Shown here: positions 9,920 to 21,306 of the stretch, one piece after another
Layout of the letters: the number at the start of each line of letters is the position of its first letter
How positions within the stretch are numbered: the stretch's first letter is position 1
From: Ructibacterium sp.
GTDB lineage: Bacteria; Bacillota; Clostridia; Monoglobales; Monoglobaceae
Assembly (NCBI GenBank): GCA_045578365.1
Contig: JAZNKC010000033.1
Coordinates: 3,009-67,008, forward strand
Direction: 5' to 3'
Length of the DNA: 64,000 nt
Program-made: the position numbers and the translations under genes
The notes under the pieces: model-generated
Told to the model about the DNA's origin: nothing
The model's database searches: none
What the model saw: only the letters and a program-made list of their open reading frames with translations

Positions 9920-12676
9920 ATGTCTTTCAAAAGTGTAATCGAAAAAGTAATCGGCACTTATAGTGACCGTGAATTAAAGAAAATATATCCCATCCGTGAT
10001 GCGGTTTTGGCGTTGGAATCTACTATGGAAGAAAAGTCAGATTCAGAGCTGCGTGCAATGACTGATGTATTCAAGAAAAGATTGCAAAACGGGGAAACCA
10101 CCGACGATATTCTTCCGGAAGCGTTTGCTGTTTGTCGAGAAGCTGCTTGGCGTGTGCTTGGAATGAAACATTTTCCGGTGCAGGTTGTAGGTGGTATTGT
10201 ACTACATCAAGGAAGAATTGCCGAAATGAAAACCGGCGAAGGTAAAACCTTGGTTGCAACGCTGCCGGCTTATTTGAATGCCCTGACCGGAAACGGCGTG
10301 CATATTGTCACCGTCAATGACTATCTGGCAAAGCGTGACAGCGAATGGATGGGTAAGCTCTACAACTTTTTGGGATTGACCGTGGGATTGGTCATTCACG
10401 AAAAGGATAATGCGCAGCGCAAGGAAGCATACAATGCAGATATCACCTATGGCACCAACAACGAGATGGGGTTTGACTATCTGCGTGATAATATGGTGAT
10501 TTACAAGGAACAAAAGGTACAACGCGGGCACGCCTATGCCATTGTGGATGAAGTGGACAGCATCCTGATTGACGAGGCAAGAACCCCGTTGATTATTTCC
10601 GGTGTCGGAGATAAATCCACCGACCTTTATTTGCAGGCAAATCGGTTTGCAAAAACCTTAAAATACAAAAAGGTAGTCGAAACCGATGCCAAGGTTGAGG
10701 TTGAAGATGATGCGACCTATGATGATTATGATTATATTGTGGACGAAAAGGCGCACACCGCCATTCTGACCCCGCAAGGTGTCAAGAAAGCAGAGGAGGC
10801 ATTCCATCTGGAAAATCTGACCGACCCTGCTAATATGACTATTTCTCACCACATCAATCAGGCGTTAAAAGCAATCGGCGTGATGAAACGGGATAAGGAT
10901 TATGTAGTCAAAGACGGCGAAGTGATTATCGTTGATGAATTCACCGGCCGTATGATGTTGGGCCGGCGGTACAGCGATGGCTTGCATCAGGCAATCGAAG
11001 CAAAAGAAGGCGTAAAGGTAGAAAATGAGAGCAAAACGCTTGCAACCATTACTTTCCAGAATTTCTTCCGTCTTTACAAAAAGCTTTCCGGTATGACCGG
11101 TACTGCACAGACAGAAGAAGATGAATTTCAGGAAATTTATAAACTGGATGTGATTGTGATTCCTACCAACAAACCTATGGCGCGTATGGATGATGCGGAT
11201 AGTATTTATAAAACCGAGGCGGCGAAGTTCCAAGCCGTGATTGACGAGGTTATCAAAGCGCATCAAAAAGGACAGCCGGTTTTGATTGGTACAGTTTCCA
11301 TTGAAAAGTCGGAACTTTTGAGCAAGCTTTTGACAAAGCGTGGCATCAAGCACAATGTGCTGAATGCAAAATTCCACGACAAAGAAGCTGAAATTGTTGC
11401 CCAAGCGGGCAAGTTCGGTGCAGTAACCATTGCCACCAATATGGCAGGTCGTGGTACGGATATTGTTCTTGGCGGTAATGCTGAATTTATGGCAAAGGAT
11501 GAAATGCGTAAGCAAGGCTTTGAAGAAGAAATGATTGTTCAGGCAACCGGCTTTGCAGAAACCACCGATGAGGAAATCCTGAATGCCCGCAAGGTATATC
11601 AAGAGCTTTATCAAAAATTCAAGACAGAAATTGAGCCGGAGCAAAAAAAGGTTCTGGATGCCGGAGGCCTTTATATCATCGGTACCGAACGTCACGAAAG
11701 CCGCAGAATTGACAATCAGCTCCGTGGTCGTTCCGGTAGACAAGGTGATAAAGGTTTCTCTAAGTTCTATCTGTCTTTAGAAGATGACTTGATGCGTTTA
11801 TTTGCGCCGGAGAGAATCAGTCGGGTGATGGAAACCTTTGGCCTGGATGAAGGAGAAGCCATCGAGCATAAGATGCTCAGCAATGCCATCGAGGGTGCGC
11901 AGCAGCGTGTAGAAGGAAGAAACTTTGATATCCGTAAACACGTGCTGCAATATGATGATGTGAACAACCAACAGCGTGAAACGATTTATGCCCAGAGAGA
12001 TCAGGTTCTTGACGGGGAAGATATGAAGAATTATATCTGCAAGATGATACGGGATACCGTAGCCAATATCATCGCCTTTTCTGCCGGTGAAATTTCCATT
12101 GCTGAGGAATGGGATTGGAACGGACTCAAAGAACAGATGCTAAATATCTTTGGAGAACTCCCTGCTGACACCTATGAGATTTCTGAACATGAAATGGATC
12201 ATATGACGCAAGAGAGCTTGCTGGAACGTCTGCTTGAAAGTGTTTATGCAAAGTATGCAGAAAAAGAGGCAGAGTTTGGTGATGCAATGCGTGAGGTAGA
12301 GCGTGTTCTCATGTTGCGGGTTGTGGACCAGAAGTGGATGGACCATATCGACAATATGGAACAGCTCCGTCAGGGTATCAATCTGCGTGCTTATGCACAG
12401 CGCAATCCTGTGATTGAGTATAAGTTCGAAGCAATGGATATGTTTGAAGAAATGATTGATTCTATCAAAGCAGATACTGTGAAGCATCTGTTCCACGTGA
12501 TTCCCCAAACCAGAATTGTGAGAGAACAGGTTGCAAAGCCTGTGGCGGAAAACCACGGTTCTGACGGGACCATCAAGAAACAGCCGGTTCGGCGCAAAAC
12601 GGATGTAGGAAGAAATGACCCCTGTCCCTGCGGAAGCGGAAAGAAATACAAGCATTGCTGTTTGGGTAAAGAATAG
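9920..12676 (+). CDS. secA: Protein translocase ATPase SecA
   Basis: [45 protein letters not shown]-terminal [18 protein letters not shown]; GGAGG RBS before ATG 9920. Confidence 0.98.
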   Translation: MSFKSVIEKVIGTYSDRELKKIYPIRDAVLALESTMEEKSDSELRAMTDVFKKRLQNGETTDDILPEAFAVCREAAWRVLGMKHFPVQVVGGIVLHQGRIAEMKTGEGKTLVATLPAYLNALTGNGVHIVTVNDYLAKRDSEWMGKLYNFLGLTVGLVIHEKDNAQRKEAYNADITYGTNNEMGFDYLRDNMVIYKEQKVQRGHAYAIVDEVDSILIDEARTPLIISGVGDKSTDLYLQANRFAKTLKYKKVVETDAKVEVEDDATYDDYDYIVDEKAHTAILTPQGVKKAEEAFHLENLTDPANMTISHHINQALKAIGVMKRDKDYVVKDGEVIIVDEFTGRMMLGRRYSDGLHQAIEAKEGVKVENESKTLATITFQNFFRLYKKLSGMTGTAQTEEDEFQEIYKLDVIVIPTNKPMARMDDADSIYKTEAAKFQAVIDEVIKAHQKGQPVLIGTVSIEKSELLSKLLTKRGIKHNVLNAKFHDKEAEIVAQAGKFGAVTIATNMAGRGTDIVLGGNAEFMAKDEMRKQGFEEEMIVQATGFAETTDEEILNARKVYQELYQKFKTEIEPEQKKVLDAGGLYIIGTERHESRRIDNQLRGRSGRQGDKGFSKFYLSLEDDLMRLFAPERISRVMETFGLDEGEAIEHKMLSNAIEGAQQRVEGRNFDIRKHVLQYDDVNNQQRETIYAQRDQVLDGEDMKNYICKMIRDTVANIIAFSAGEISIAEEWDWNGLKEQMLNIFGELPADTYEISEHEMDHMTQESLLERLLESVYAKYAEKEAEFGDAMREVERVLMLRVVDQKWMDHIDNMEQLRQGINLRAYAQRNPVIEYKFEAMDMFEEMIDSIKADTVKHLFHVIPQTRIVREQVAKPVAENHGSDGTIKKQPVRRKTDVGRNDPCPCGSGKKYKHCCLGKE

Positions 12677-12717
12677 GCTTAAGAAAAACAGAAAATTTTT
12701 TTGAAGGATGTGAGAAT

Positions 12718-13831
12718 GTGATAGCTTTTGATGAGTATAAGCTCGGCCTTGACGGCATGGAAAAAGATATAACAGAACTGAGGGGTTCACTTTAACATCG
12801 ATAAGACCATATCCGATGCAGAGGAACTGGAACAAAAGACCATGGCGGCAGACTTTTATAATGATATGGAAGCTGCCGGAAAGGTTTTGCAGCAACTTAA
12901 GGGATTGAAAGAAAAGGTAAGTCGCTATGAGCGGCTAAAAGCCTCTTGGGAGGATTTGGTTACCTTGGTTTCCCTTGCGATTGAAGAAAACGACGAAAGC
13001 GTTTTAGACGAGGTAAAAAGCGGCTACAAGCAGTTGGTGGATGACATTGAAACTATGAAACTGGAAACCTTACTTTCCGGTAAATACGACAAAAACAATG
13101 CCATTTTGACCTTGCATGCAGGTGCCGGTGGTACTGAGGCGCAAGACTGGTGTGAAATGCTGTTTCGGATGTTTACCCGTTGGGCAGAACGCCGTGGGTA
13201 TAAGACAGAAACACTGGACTATCTGGATGGAGAAGAAGCGGGCATTAAGAGTGTTACTTTGTTGGTGGAGGGGCTGAATGCCTATGGCTATGCCAAATCC
13301 GAAAAAGGGGTACACCGACTGGTTCGTATTTCGCCGTTTGACTCTGCGTCAAGACGGCATACATCCTTTGTATCTGTGGAAGTAATGCCCGAAATCAACG
13401 ATGATATTGAAGTGCAGATTGACCCGTCTGATTTGCGTGTGGACACTTATCGTTCCAGCGGCGCAGGCGGTCAGCACATCAACAAGACGGAATCTGCCAT
13501 TCGTATCACGCATATCCCCACAGGGGTTGTTGTTACCTGCCAGAATGAACGGTCGCAGCATAAAAACCGTGAAACCGCAATGAAGATGCTAAAATCCAAG
13601 TTGATTGAAATTGCAGAACGGGAACAAAAAGAAAAGATTGAGGACCTAAAGGGCGTGCAAATGGAAATCGGCTGGGGAAGCCAGATTCGCTCTTATGTGT
13701 TCCATCCTTACAGTATGGTCAAAGACCATCGGACCAATTTCGAGGTGGGAAACACCGGTGCTGTGATGGATGGTGATTTGGATGGGTTTATCAATGCATA
13801 TTTGATTGCAAAATCCAAAGGTGAGCTATAA
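12718..13831 (+). CDS. prfB: Peptide chain release factor 2, expressed by programmed +1 frameshift at 12790-12796
   Basis: GTG 12718 opens [25 protein letters not shown]; AGGGGT-TCA-CTT-TAA-C; +1 frame runs into the 329-aa ORF with SPF and GGQ motifs. Confidence 0.95.
12781..12796 (+). promoter_or_regulatory. prfB frameshift cassette (internal SD, slippery CTT-T, UAA stop)
   Basis: AGGGGT SD-like, 3-nt spacer, CTT TAA C; same geometry as the canonical AGGGGG-nnn-CTT-TGA-C. Confidence 0.9.
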
Positions 13832-13850
13832 GCAATAAAGGAGAAGACTA

Positions 13851-14924
13851 ATGTTTGATAAATTATCATTTATTGAAAAACAGTTTGATGAACTAGCAGA
13901 GAGAATCAGCGATCCCGCAGTGATTGCAGATCAGGAAACCTGGCGAAAGCTCTGTAAGGAGCATTCGGATTTGACCCCGATTGTTGAGAAGTATCGGGAA
14001 TACAAGATGAACAAAGAAACCATCGATGACGCCAAGATGATGATGGATGATCCCGAAACAGACAAAGAATTCAAAGAAATGTTGGTGGAGGAGAGCAAGC
14101 AGGCAAAAGAAAACATTGCCCGCATTGAGGAAGAATTAAAAATTCTGCTTCTCCCCAAAGACCCCAATGATGACAAGAACGTTATCGTGGAAATCCGTGG
14201 CGGTGCTGGCGGTGATGAGGCTGCCTTGTTTGCCGGAGATTTGTTCCGGATGTATTCTTTGTATGCCGATTCCCAACGTTGGAAGACAGAAGTACTGAAC
14301 CTGAGTGAAATCGGTATCGGCGGCATCAAGGAAGTCACCTTTATGATTGAGGGTGCGGGTGCTTACAGCCGTTTGAAGTTTGAAAGCGGTGTCCATCGTG
14401 TACAGCGTGTTCCTGAAACCGAATCCAGCGGACGCATCCATACCTCTACCGTAACCGTTGCGGTGCTGCCGGAAGTGGATGATGTGGAGGTAGAAATCAA
14501 CCCTGAAGATTTGCAGATTGACACCTATCGTTCCAGCGGTGCCGGCGGTCAGCATGTCAACAAAACCGAGTCTGCCATCCGTATCACCCATATCCCCACA
14601 GGAATCATTGTTGCCTGTCAGGATGAGCGTTCTCAGCACAAAAACCGTGAGGCGGCAATGAAGATGCTCCGTTCCCGTTTATATGACAAGATGGAGCAGG
14701 AGCGTAACGCTTCCATTGCGGCAGACCGTAAAAGTCAGGTAGGCACCGGTGACCGAAGCGAGAGAATCCGTACCTACAACTTCCCACAGGGTCGTATGAC
14801 AGACCATCGTATCGGTCTGACACTTTATAAGCTGGAACAGATTATGAACGGAGATTTGGACGAAACCATCGATGCTTTGATTACCACTGACCAGAGTGAA
14901 AAATTAAAAGCACAAGCAGAATAA
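13851..14924 (+). CDS. prfA: Peptide chain release factor 1
   Basis: [16 protein letters not shown] (PxT motif), [18 protein letters not shown]. Confidence 0.97.
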   Translation: MFDKLSFIEKQFDELAERISDPAVIADQETWRKLCKEHSDLTPIVEKYREYKMNKETIDDAKMMMDDPETDKEFKEMLVEESKQAKENIARIEEELKILLLPKDPNDDKNVIVEIRGGAGGDEAALFAGDLFRMYSLYADSQRWKTEVLNLSEIGIGGIKEVTFMIEGAGAYSRLKFESGVHRVQRVPETESSGRIHTSTVTVAVLPEVDDVEVEINPEDLQIDTYRSSGAGGQHVNKTESAIRITHIPTGIIVACQDERSQHKNREAAMKMLRSRLYDKMEQERNASIAADRKSQVGTGDRSERIRTYNFPQGRMTDHRIGLTLYKLEQIMNGDLDETIDALITTDQSEKLKAQAE

Positions 14925-14992
14925 AAGTATAGCATCCACCGGCAAGTGTTTTACGCTTGTCTGTGGTTTTGCTTTAGAAAGGAGGGGACCTG

Positions 14993-16453
14993 ATGCAAGA
15001 AAAAGAAACCAAGTATTTGGCGGTATCGGATGCAGATTTACAAATTGGTGCTGCAATTTTACAAGAGGGCGGAACCGTTATTTTTCCCACGGAAACCGTC
15101 TATGGATTGGGTGCTGATGCCCGCAATCCCAAAGCCGCAGAAAAAATTTTTGAGGCAAAAGGCCGTCCCTCTGACAATCCCTTGATTGTACATATTGCAG
15201 AAGAAAAGCAACTGAATGATTTGGTGACTGAAATTCCCGAAAGGGCAAAAACCCTTATGCAAGCGTTCTGGCCGGGTCCTCTTACGCTGATTTTTAAGAA
15301 AGCGGATTCTGTTCCGACTACGGTAACCGGCGGACTTTCTACTGTGGCAGTCCGGATGCCGGAACATCCTGTTGCGAGAAAGTTGCTTGCCCTTGCCAAG
15401 GTTCCTGTAGCCGCACCAAGTGCCAATCTGTCGGGCAAACCCAGTCCCACTACTTTCCTGCATGTAAAACAGGATATGGATGGGCGTGTTGATGCCATTG
15501 TGGATGGCGGCGACTGTCGGGTGGGTGTAGAATCCACCGTTCTGGATATCAGCGGTGAAATTCCCATTTTATATCGACCGGGCGGTGTCACCAAAGAAGA
15601 AATCGAAGGCTTGATTGGACCGATTCAGGTGGTTACCAAAGCCAAGGAGGGGGAATCTCCAAAATCCCCTGGCTTAAAGTATAAACATTACGCACCTGAT
15701 GCAGAAATTCAGATTCTTCAGGGTTCGATGGAGCAAGTGGAGGCTTATGCAAAACAACTTTCCAAAGAACACAAAACGGCAATTTTGACCTTTGATGAGT
15801 TTCCGGCATTTCCGGATGGAATCGTCACCTATTCCTTAGGAAGCAGGAATAATCCTGAAGATGCGGCGCATCGCCTTTTTGCGGCGTTGAGAAATCTGGA
15901 TTTACAAGGTGTCAAATACATTCTTGCGCCGGAAATCCCCGATGACGGTGTTTGGAGTGCCGTGCGCAACCGTCTTTATCGTGCAGCAGGAGAGAACATT
16001 ATCTCCTTGACAGAAAAATCCGTGCTCTTTGTTTGTACCGGAAACACCTGCCGTAGTCCTATGGCAGAGGGGATCTTAAAGGAGATTGCAAAACGGGAAC
16101 AGTTATCGGTTTCTGTTTCATCCGCAGGTATTTGTGCAGGGGATGGAAGTGCAACTCAAAACGCAATCAAAGCAATGCAAGAGATTGGTATTGATATCAG
16201 TGCGCATCGAGCATCCCAACTGACATTAGACAAAATGCAAGAAGCGGACCTTATCTTAACTATGACCGCAGGACACAGACAAATGATTCTGCAAGCCTTT
16301 CCGCAATTTGCAGGCAAGGTGTTCACCTTGGCGGAATGGACAGGAACATCTGCGGATATTTTGGACCCGTATGGCGGGGATTTGGACGTTTATTGTGCTT
16401 GTCGGGACGAAATTCAGGAGCTGCTTGAGAAAGGATGGAGGAAGCTGAAATGA
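14993..16453 (+). CDS. Fusion of Sua5/TsaC2 threonylcarbamoyl-AMP synthase and YwlE-like low-MW protein-arginine phosphatase
   Basis: FPTETVYGLG, KGRPSDNPLIVH, SANLSGKPSPT, PGLKYKHYAP, then VLFVCTGNTCRSPMAEG..DPYGG in one frame. Confidence 0.9.
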   Translation: MQEKETKYLAVSDADLQIGAAILQEGGTVIFPTETVYGLGADARNPKAAEKIFEAKGRPSDNPLIVHIAEEKQLNDLVTEIPERAKTLMQAFWPGPLTLIFKKADSVPTTVTGGLSTVAVRMPEHPVARKLLALAKVPVAAPSANLSGKPSPTTFLHVKQDMDGRVDAIVDGGDCRVGVESTVLDISGEIPILYRPGGVTKEEIEGLIGPIQVVTKAKEGESPKSPGLKYKHYAPDAEIQILQGSMEQVEAYAKQLSKEHKTAILTFDEFPAFPDGIVTYSLGSRNNPEDAAHRLFAALRNLDLQGVKYILAPEIPDDGVWSAVRNRLYRAAGENIISLTEKSVLFVCTGNTCRSPMAEGILKEIAKREQLSVSVSSAGICAGDGSATQNAIKAMQEIGIDISAHRASQLTLDKMQEADLILTMTAGHRQMILQAFPQFAGKVFTLAEWTGTSADILDPYGGDLDVYCACRDEIQELLEKGWRKLK

Positions 16454-16908
16454 TTCAGGTTACCATTCTGGAAGAGAAAGATATCGAACAGGTTTTAGAA
16501 CTGGAGCGAATTTGTTTTCCTGATGATCCGTGGGGACGAGCTTTGTTTGAACACGAATTGACAAATCCTCTTTCGGTTTTTCTTGTGGCCAGGGATATGG
16601 GAACCAGGCAAGTGATTGGTTATGGCGGAATCTGGTTGATTTATGATACCGGGGAGATTACCAATATTGCCGTCCACCCTGACTATCGGCGGGAAGGGGT
16701 TGGTTCTGAAATTTTGGCGGTCCTGACACAAATTTGTATGGAAAAAGGGATGGATGCCATCACCCTTGAGGTACGGGAAAGCAATCAGGCGGCGCAAAAC
16801 CTCTACGCGTCCAAAGGCTTTTTGGTTTGCGGACGGAGAAAACGCTACTATCAAGGAAAGGAAGACGCCTTAATTATGACCAAAGAATTACGAAAGGAAG
16901 AAAAGTAA
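16450..16908 (+). CDS. rimI: RimI family N-acetyltransferase
   Basis: [34 protein letters not shown]; ATGA overlap with upstream stop. Confidence 0.9.
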   Translation: MIQVTILEEKDIEQVLELERICFPDDPWGRALFEHELTNPLSVFLVARDMGTRQVIGYGGIWLIYDTGEITNIAVHPDYRREGVGSEILAVLTQICMEKGMDAITLEVRESNQAAQNLYASKGFLVCGRRKRYYQGKEDALIMTKELRKEEK

Positions 16909-16909
16909 A

Positions 16910-17911
16910 ATGCGAATTTTAGCCATTGAGAGTTCCTGCGATGAAACTGCAGCGGCAGTGATACAGGACGGCACACAGATTCTTTCTAATGTAATCAATA
17001 CGCAAATAGAGTTACATAAAATTTATGGGGGCGTGGTTCCGGAAATTGCGTCCAGAAAACATATTGAGAACATCAACGCTGTGATTGAAAAAGCACTTGC
17101 GGACGCAGCTATGACCTTTGATGACATAGATGCCATTGCAGTAACCCAAGGCCCCGGATTGGTTGGTGCACTTCTGGTTGGTGTGTCTGCCGCAAAAGGA
17201 TTGGCGTTTGCGCTAAAAAAACCACTGATTCCCGTCCATCATATCAGAGGACATATCTGCGCCAATTTTTTAGAGAATCCTGAATTAAAACCGCCTTTTC
17301 TTTGTCTGGTAGCATCCGGCGGGCACAGCCATCTGGTGATGGTAAAAGAGGGAATGGAAGTAGAGGTCCTTGCAAGAACCAGAGATGATGCTGCAGGCGA
17401 GGCGTTTGATAAGGTTTCAAGAGTGCTTGGCTTGGGATATCCGGGTGGGCCTGCAATTCAAAAAAAGGCAGAAGAAGGCAATCCCAATGCCATTCGATTC
17501 CCCCGTGTGAATATGGGAGAAGATGGATTTGATTTCAGCTTTAGCGGCGTGAAAACTGCGGTGCTCAATTATCTGCATCATGCCGAACAAAAAGGAGAGG
17601 AAATTCCTGTTGCTGATGTTGCGGCATCCTTTCAGGAAGCGGTCATTGACGTGCTGTCGGAACATTTGATTGCCTGTGCAAAAAAATATGGTGTGCATCA
17701 AATTGCTTTGGCAGGCGGCGTTGCGGCAAATCAGCCTCTTCGGGAGCGTATTGCAAAAAAAGCCGAAGAAAATCAAATGTCCTTTCAGTACCCCCGATTC
17801 TCACTATGTACCGATAATGCAGCGATGATTGGCTGTGCAGCGTTTTATGAATATCAAAAGGGAAACCTTGCGGATATGACACTGAATGCCACACCCAACT
17901 TACCGCTTTAA
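16910..17911 (+). CDS. tsaD: tRNA N6-threonylcarbamoyltransferase TsaD
   Basis: [40 protein letters not shown]. Confidence 0.97.
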   Translation: MRILAIESSCDETAAAVIQDGTQILSNVINTQIELHKIYGGVVPEIASRKHIENINAVIEKALADAAMTFDDIDAIAVTQGPGLVGALLVGVSAAKGLAFALKKPLIPVHHIRGHICANFLENPELKPPFLCLVASGGHSHLVMVKEGMEVEVLARTRDDAAGEAFDKVSRVLGLGYPGGPAIQKKAEEGNPNAIRFPRVNMGEDGFDFSFSGVKTAVLNYLHHAEQKGEEIPVADVAASFQEAVIDVLSEHLIACAKKYGVHQIALAGGVAANQPLRERIAKKAEENQMSFQYPRFSLCTDNAAMIGCAAFYEYQKGNLADMTLNATPNLPL

Positions 17912-17920
17912 TGACCAATA

Positions 17921-17954
17921 AAAAATGACGATATCAAAGGATATCGTCATTTTT
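17921..17954. terminator. Bidirectional intrinsic terminator (tsaD/rpsT)
   Basis: AAAAATGACGATATC-AAAG-GATATCGTCATTTTT between convergent genes. Confidence 0.85.
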
Positions 17955-17999
17955 GTTTCTTAGTGTAGATAGTAGAAATTTTACCTTGAATAAGGTCGC

Positions 18000-18260
18000 T
18001 TACGCGATTTTGTTCAACTTTGCTGCGTACTTGCTCTTTCTGCGAGCAGCAGTATTCTTGTGCAGAATACCCTTAGCAACAGCCTGATCGGTCTTCTTTA
18101 CAACAAAGCTATAAGCTTCAGAGGCAGCAGCCTTGCCCTCTTTCAAAGAGGCCTCAAACTTTTTGATTGCAGTTTTGAGCTGAGACTTGATCATCTGATT
18201 TTCCAGAGTCTTTTTCTTGATAACTTTAACTCTCTTTTTTGCAGATTTAATATTAGGCAT
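18000..18260 (-). CDS. rpsT: 30S ribosomal protein S20
   Basis: MPNIKSAKKRVK..KGILHKNTAARRKS. Confidence 0.98.
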   Translation of the reverse strand: MPNIKSAKKRVKVIKKKTLENQMIKSQLKTAIKKFEASLKEGKAAASEAYSFVVKKTDQAVAKGILHKNTAARRKSKYAAKLNKIA

Positions 18261-18465
18261 GGTTTCACCTCCAAATCATCAATCTAATACATAGTGTACC
18301 GGTAGAAAAGCACTATTTTCTTACACCAGTATTTAATATCATACCACCATTTCAAGCAAAATGCAAGCATTTTTTCAAAAAAAATGAAATAATTTCTCAA
18401 AAAAAATGAATTTTCACATAAAAATTTTTTCTCAAGGGAAAATATTCAAAAAGGAGTTGAGAAAA

Positions 18466-19455
18466 ATGAAGCAAGTACGCTGTGATTTGGCGGTAGAAGC
18501 AAGAGAAATGCTCACCGAATTACAAGGGGAGTCCTATCAGATACCCGGAGTCAAAATCAATGAAGAAACGGTAGATGGCTATATCCAGATTACCAAGGTG
18601 GAAGTTCTGGATGATGAGGGTGCCAGAGAACTGGGAAAAGAAATCGGGACGTATGTAACCGTTGAGATGCCTAGCCGGTTTTATGGACAGCAGAAAATCT
18701 ATGAACAGATGTGCCAAACCTGTGCCAAGGTGCTCAAAGAAATGACGGAGAAATTTTTACCCTCAGAAGAGGAAACTGTTTTGGTGGTAGGACTGGGAAA
18801 CTGGAATATTACCGCCGATGCACTGGGGCCCAAGGTGTTGAGCTCCCTAATGATAACCAGACATTTGAAAGAGTATATGCCGGATGAAATTGACGAGGGG
18901 GTAAGACCGGTTTGTGGTATTACACCGGGAGTTCTGGGGCTTACTGGAGTAGAAACAGGGGAGATTGTTCGGGGGATTGTAGAACGGGTTAGGCCATCCT
19001 TGGTAATTGCGATTGATGCACTCTGTTCCAGAAAAATTGAGCGTTTGAATACCACCATTCAATTTTCCGATACCGGTATTACACCGGGCGGCGGTGTTGG
19101 AAACCAAAGACAGGCAATTACCCAAAAAACATTGGGGGTTCCTGTTATCGCCATTGGTGTGCCCACCGTTGTTGATGCGGCAACCATTGCCAGCGAATCT
19201 ATGCATCGGGTGATATTGAAGGTAAAGGAACACGCACAGGCAAACAGTGAATTTTATCGTTTTCTGCAAGAATTGGAGCAGACGGAACGCTATGAATTGG
19301 TGCGGGAATCCATACGCCCGGCCTTTGGAAATTTCATTGTGGCACCCAAAGAGGTGGATGCCATCATTGATGATATTTCGGATGTCATTGCAAACGGCAT
19401 CAATATTGCTTTGCATAAAGGAATTGGGCTTGAGGATATCGATCGTTATATCTGA
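18466..19455 (+). CDS. gpr: Spore germination protease GPR
   Basis: RCDLAVEA, VVGLGNWNITADALGP, IAIDAL, IGVPTVVDA; divergent from rpsT; AAGGAG RBS. Confidence 0.95.
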   Translation: MKQVRCDLAVEAREMLTELQGESYQIPGVKINEETVDGYIQITKVEVLDDEGARELGKEIGTYVTVEMPSRFYGQQKIYEQMCQTCAKVLKEMTEKFLPSEEETVLVVGLGNWNITADALGPKVLSSLMITRHLKEYMPDEIDEGVRPVCGITPGVLGLTGVETGEIVRGIVERVRPSLVIAIDALCSRKIERLNTTIQFSDTGITPGGGVGNQRQAITQKTLGVPVIAIGVPTVVDAATIASESMHRVILKVKEHAQANSEFYRFLQELEQTERYELVRESIRPAFGNFIVAPKEVDAIIDDISDVIANGINIALHKGIGLEDIDRYI

Positions 19456-19476
19456 TACCTCAAACCCAATAATATT

Positions 19477-20841
19477 TTAGTTTCTTAAGCTGTGAATCGG
19501 TGCCGGAATCCTGCCTCCGCGTGCAATGAACGCTTCGCTGGAATAGGGATGTACCGGCATTACCGGAGCAGAACCCAACAGACCACCAAATTCGATATGA
19601 TCCCCAATCGTTTTGCCCATGGCGGGGATGATACGGACTGCGGTGGTTTTTTGGTTAATCACGCCGATTGCCATCTCGTCTGCAATGATTGCAGAAATGG
19701 TGGATGCAGGGGTATCCCCGGGAATTGCAATCATATCAAGACCGACAGAGCAAACACAGGTCATTGCTTCTAACTTATCCAGATGTAATGCACCACATTC
19801 TGCCGCTGCAATCATCCCGGCATCTTCGCTGACAGGAATGAATGCACCACTCAAGCCGCCAACAGAACCGGATGCCATTACACCGCCTTTTTTCACGGCA
19901 TCATTAAGGAGAGCCAGGGCGGCGGTAGTCCCGTGGGTTCCGCATTTTTCAAGACCCATTTCCTCAAGAATGTAGGCAACGCTATCACCAACCTCAGGGG
20001 TCGGCGCAAGGGATAAATCCACGATGCCAAAGGGTACGCCCAGCTCTTTGGATGCTTCCTGTGCCACAAGCTGACCCATACGGGTGATTTTGAAGGCAGT
20101 CTTTTTGATGGTTTCAGCAAGAACGCTGAAATCCTTGCCCTTGATTTGTTCCAGAGCACATTTAACTACACCGGGTCCGCTGACACCAACATTGATGACA
20201 GAATCACCTTCGCCGACGCCGTGGAAGGCACCTGCCATAAAGGGGTTGTCCTCCACAGGGTTTGCGAAAACAACCAACTTTGCACAACCCATAGAATTAT
20301 CATCCTTGGACATTTCTGCAGTTTTTACGATGATTTCACCCATTTGTTTGACAGCATCCATATTGATGCCTGCCTTGGTAGTTGCAACGCCCACCGAGGA
20401 GCAAACCCGACTGGTGGAACACAGCGCTTCAGGAATCGAACGGAGGAGGATTTCATCGCCTTTGGAAAATCCTTTGTGTACCAAAGCAGAGAAACCGCCA
20501 ATAAAGTTGACGCCGGTTTCTTGTGCAGCTCTGTCCAATGTTTTGGCAAAGGCAACATAGTCAGTGGCATCGCTTGCACCGGCAACCATTGCAATCGGGG
20601 TAACGGAAATCCGTTTATTGATAATGGGGATTCCGTAACGACGGCTGATAGATTCGCCGGTTGCTACAAGGTTTTCTGCATAGCGGGTAATCTTGTCATA
20701 AATTTTATCACAAGCAACCTTGGCATCACGGTCAGCGCAATCCAAAAGAGAAATTCCCATAGTAATGGTGCGGATGTCCAGATGCTCATCACGAATCATT
20801 TGAATTGTTTCAACGATTTCATTGGGATTGATATTTAGCAT
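19477..20841 (-). CDS. UPF0210/DUF711 PFL-like family protein
   Basis: [44 protein letters not shown]. Confidence 0.9.
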   Translation of the reverse strand: MLNINPNEIVETIQMIRDEHLDIRTITMGISLLDCADRDAKVACDKIYDKITRYAENLVATGESISRRYGIPIINKRISVTPIAMVAGASDATDYVAFAKTLDRAAQETGVNFIGGFSALVHKGFSKGDEILLRSIPEALCSTSRVCSSVGVATTKAGINMDAVKQMGEIIVKTAEMSKDDNSMGCAKLVVFANPVEDNPFMAGAFHGVGEGDSVINVGVSGPGVVKCALEQIKGKDFSVLAETIKKTAFKITRMGQLVAQEASKELGVPFGIVDLSLAPTPEVGDSVAYILEEMGLEKCGTHGTTAALALLNDAVKKGGVMASGSVGGLSGAFIPVSEDAGMIAAAECGALHLDKLEAMTCVCSVGLDMIAIPGDTPASTISAIIADEMAIGVINQKTTAVRIIPAMGKTIGDHIEFGGLLGSAPVMPVHPYSSEAFIARGGRIPAPIHSLRN

Positions 20842-20866
20842 AGTAGAAAAGTCCTTTCAAACTGGT

Positions 20867-21136
20867 TTAGATTCTGTGCATAGAATTAAAAATATCTTCG
20901 TGCTGGATACGGATTTCAACACCCAGCTCTTTTCCAAGCTGTTGCATAGAATCTGCTAACGCGGCGAAATCACATTTACATTTTTCAAGGTCAACCAACA
21001 TTACCATTGTAAAAATGTTTTGCACAATGGTCTGGGTGATATCCAGAATATTTACTTCATTCTCCGCCAGGAGAGTACTGGTTTTTGCAATAATACCGGA
21101 CTTATCACAGCCCATAACTGTTACAACTGCACGCAT
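20867..21136 (-). CDS. ACT domain protein (UPF0237)
   Basis: VVTVMGCDKSGIIA..NILDITQT..QHEDIFNSMHRI; usual partner of DUF711. Confidence 0.9.
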   Translation of the reverse strand: MRAVVTVMGCDKSGIIAKTSTLLAENEVNILDITQTIVQNIFTMVMLVDLEKCKCDFAALADSMQQLGKELGVEIRIQHEDIFNSMHRI

Positions 21137-21261
21137 AATGGATCCTCCAAATTTGTTTTTCGAAATATTTTGCCTATATTATACTCTTTTTGAAAAATGA
21201 TGTCAATCAACGAAACTATGAAAAATCAAGAAAAGAGAAGGAAAAAGCGGGCATTTTCAAT

Positions 21262-21295
21262 AAAAAAAGCGATGAACTTTCGTTCATCGCTTTTT
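21262..21295 (-). terminator. Intrinsic terminator of hpf
   Basis: AAAAAAAGCGATGAAC-TTTC-GTTCATCGCTTTTT. Confidence 0.8.
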
Positions 21296-21306
21296 GAATG
21301 TCAGAT

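Noticed and set aside
10865-11743. Long antisense ORFs (also 6156-6947, 12140-12895, 44632-45501, 59798-60544)
   Set aside because: They lie opposite well-conserved genes and show no recognisable motifs; typical shadow frames.
14929-14975. Imperfect hairpin between prfA and sua5 as a riboswitch or ncRNA
   Set aside because: Too short, with no recognisable aptamer motif; more likely a weak terminator or processing stem.
587-19455. Alternative genetic code (UGA or CGG reassignment) suggested by the odd prfB site
   Set aside because: TGA ends dxs, tlyA, the sua5 fusion and gpr at expected positions, RF2 has an intact SPF motif, and CGG encodes conserved Arg in secA (GRRYSDG).
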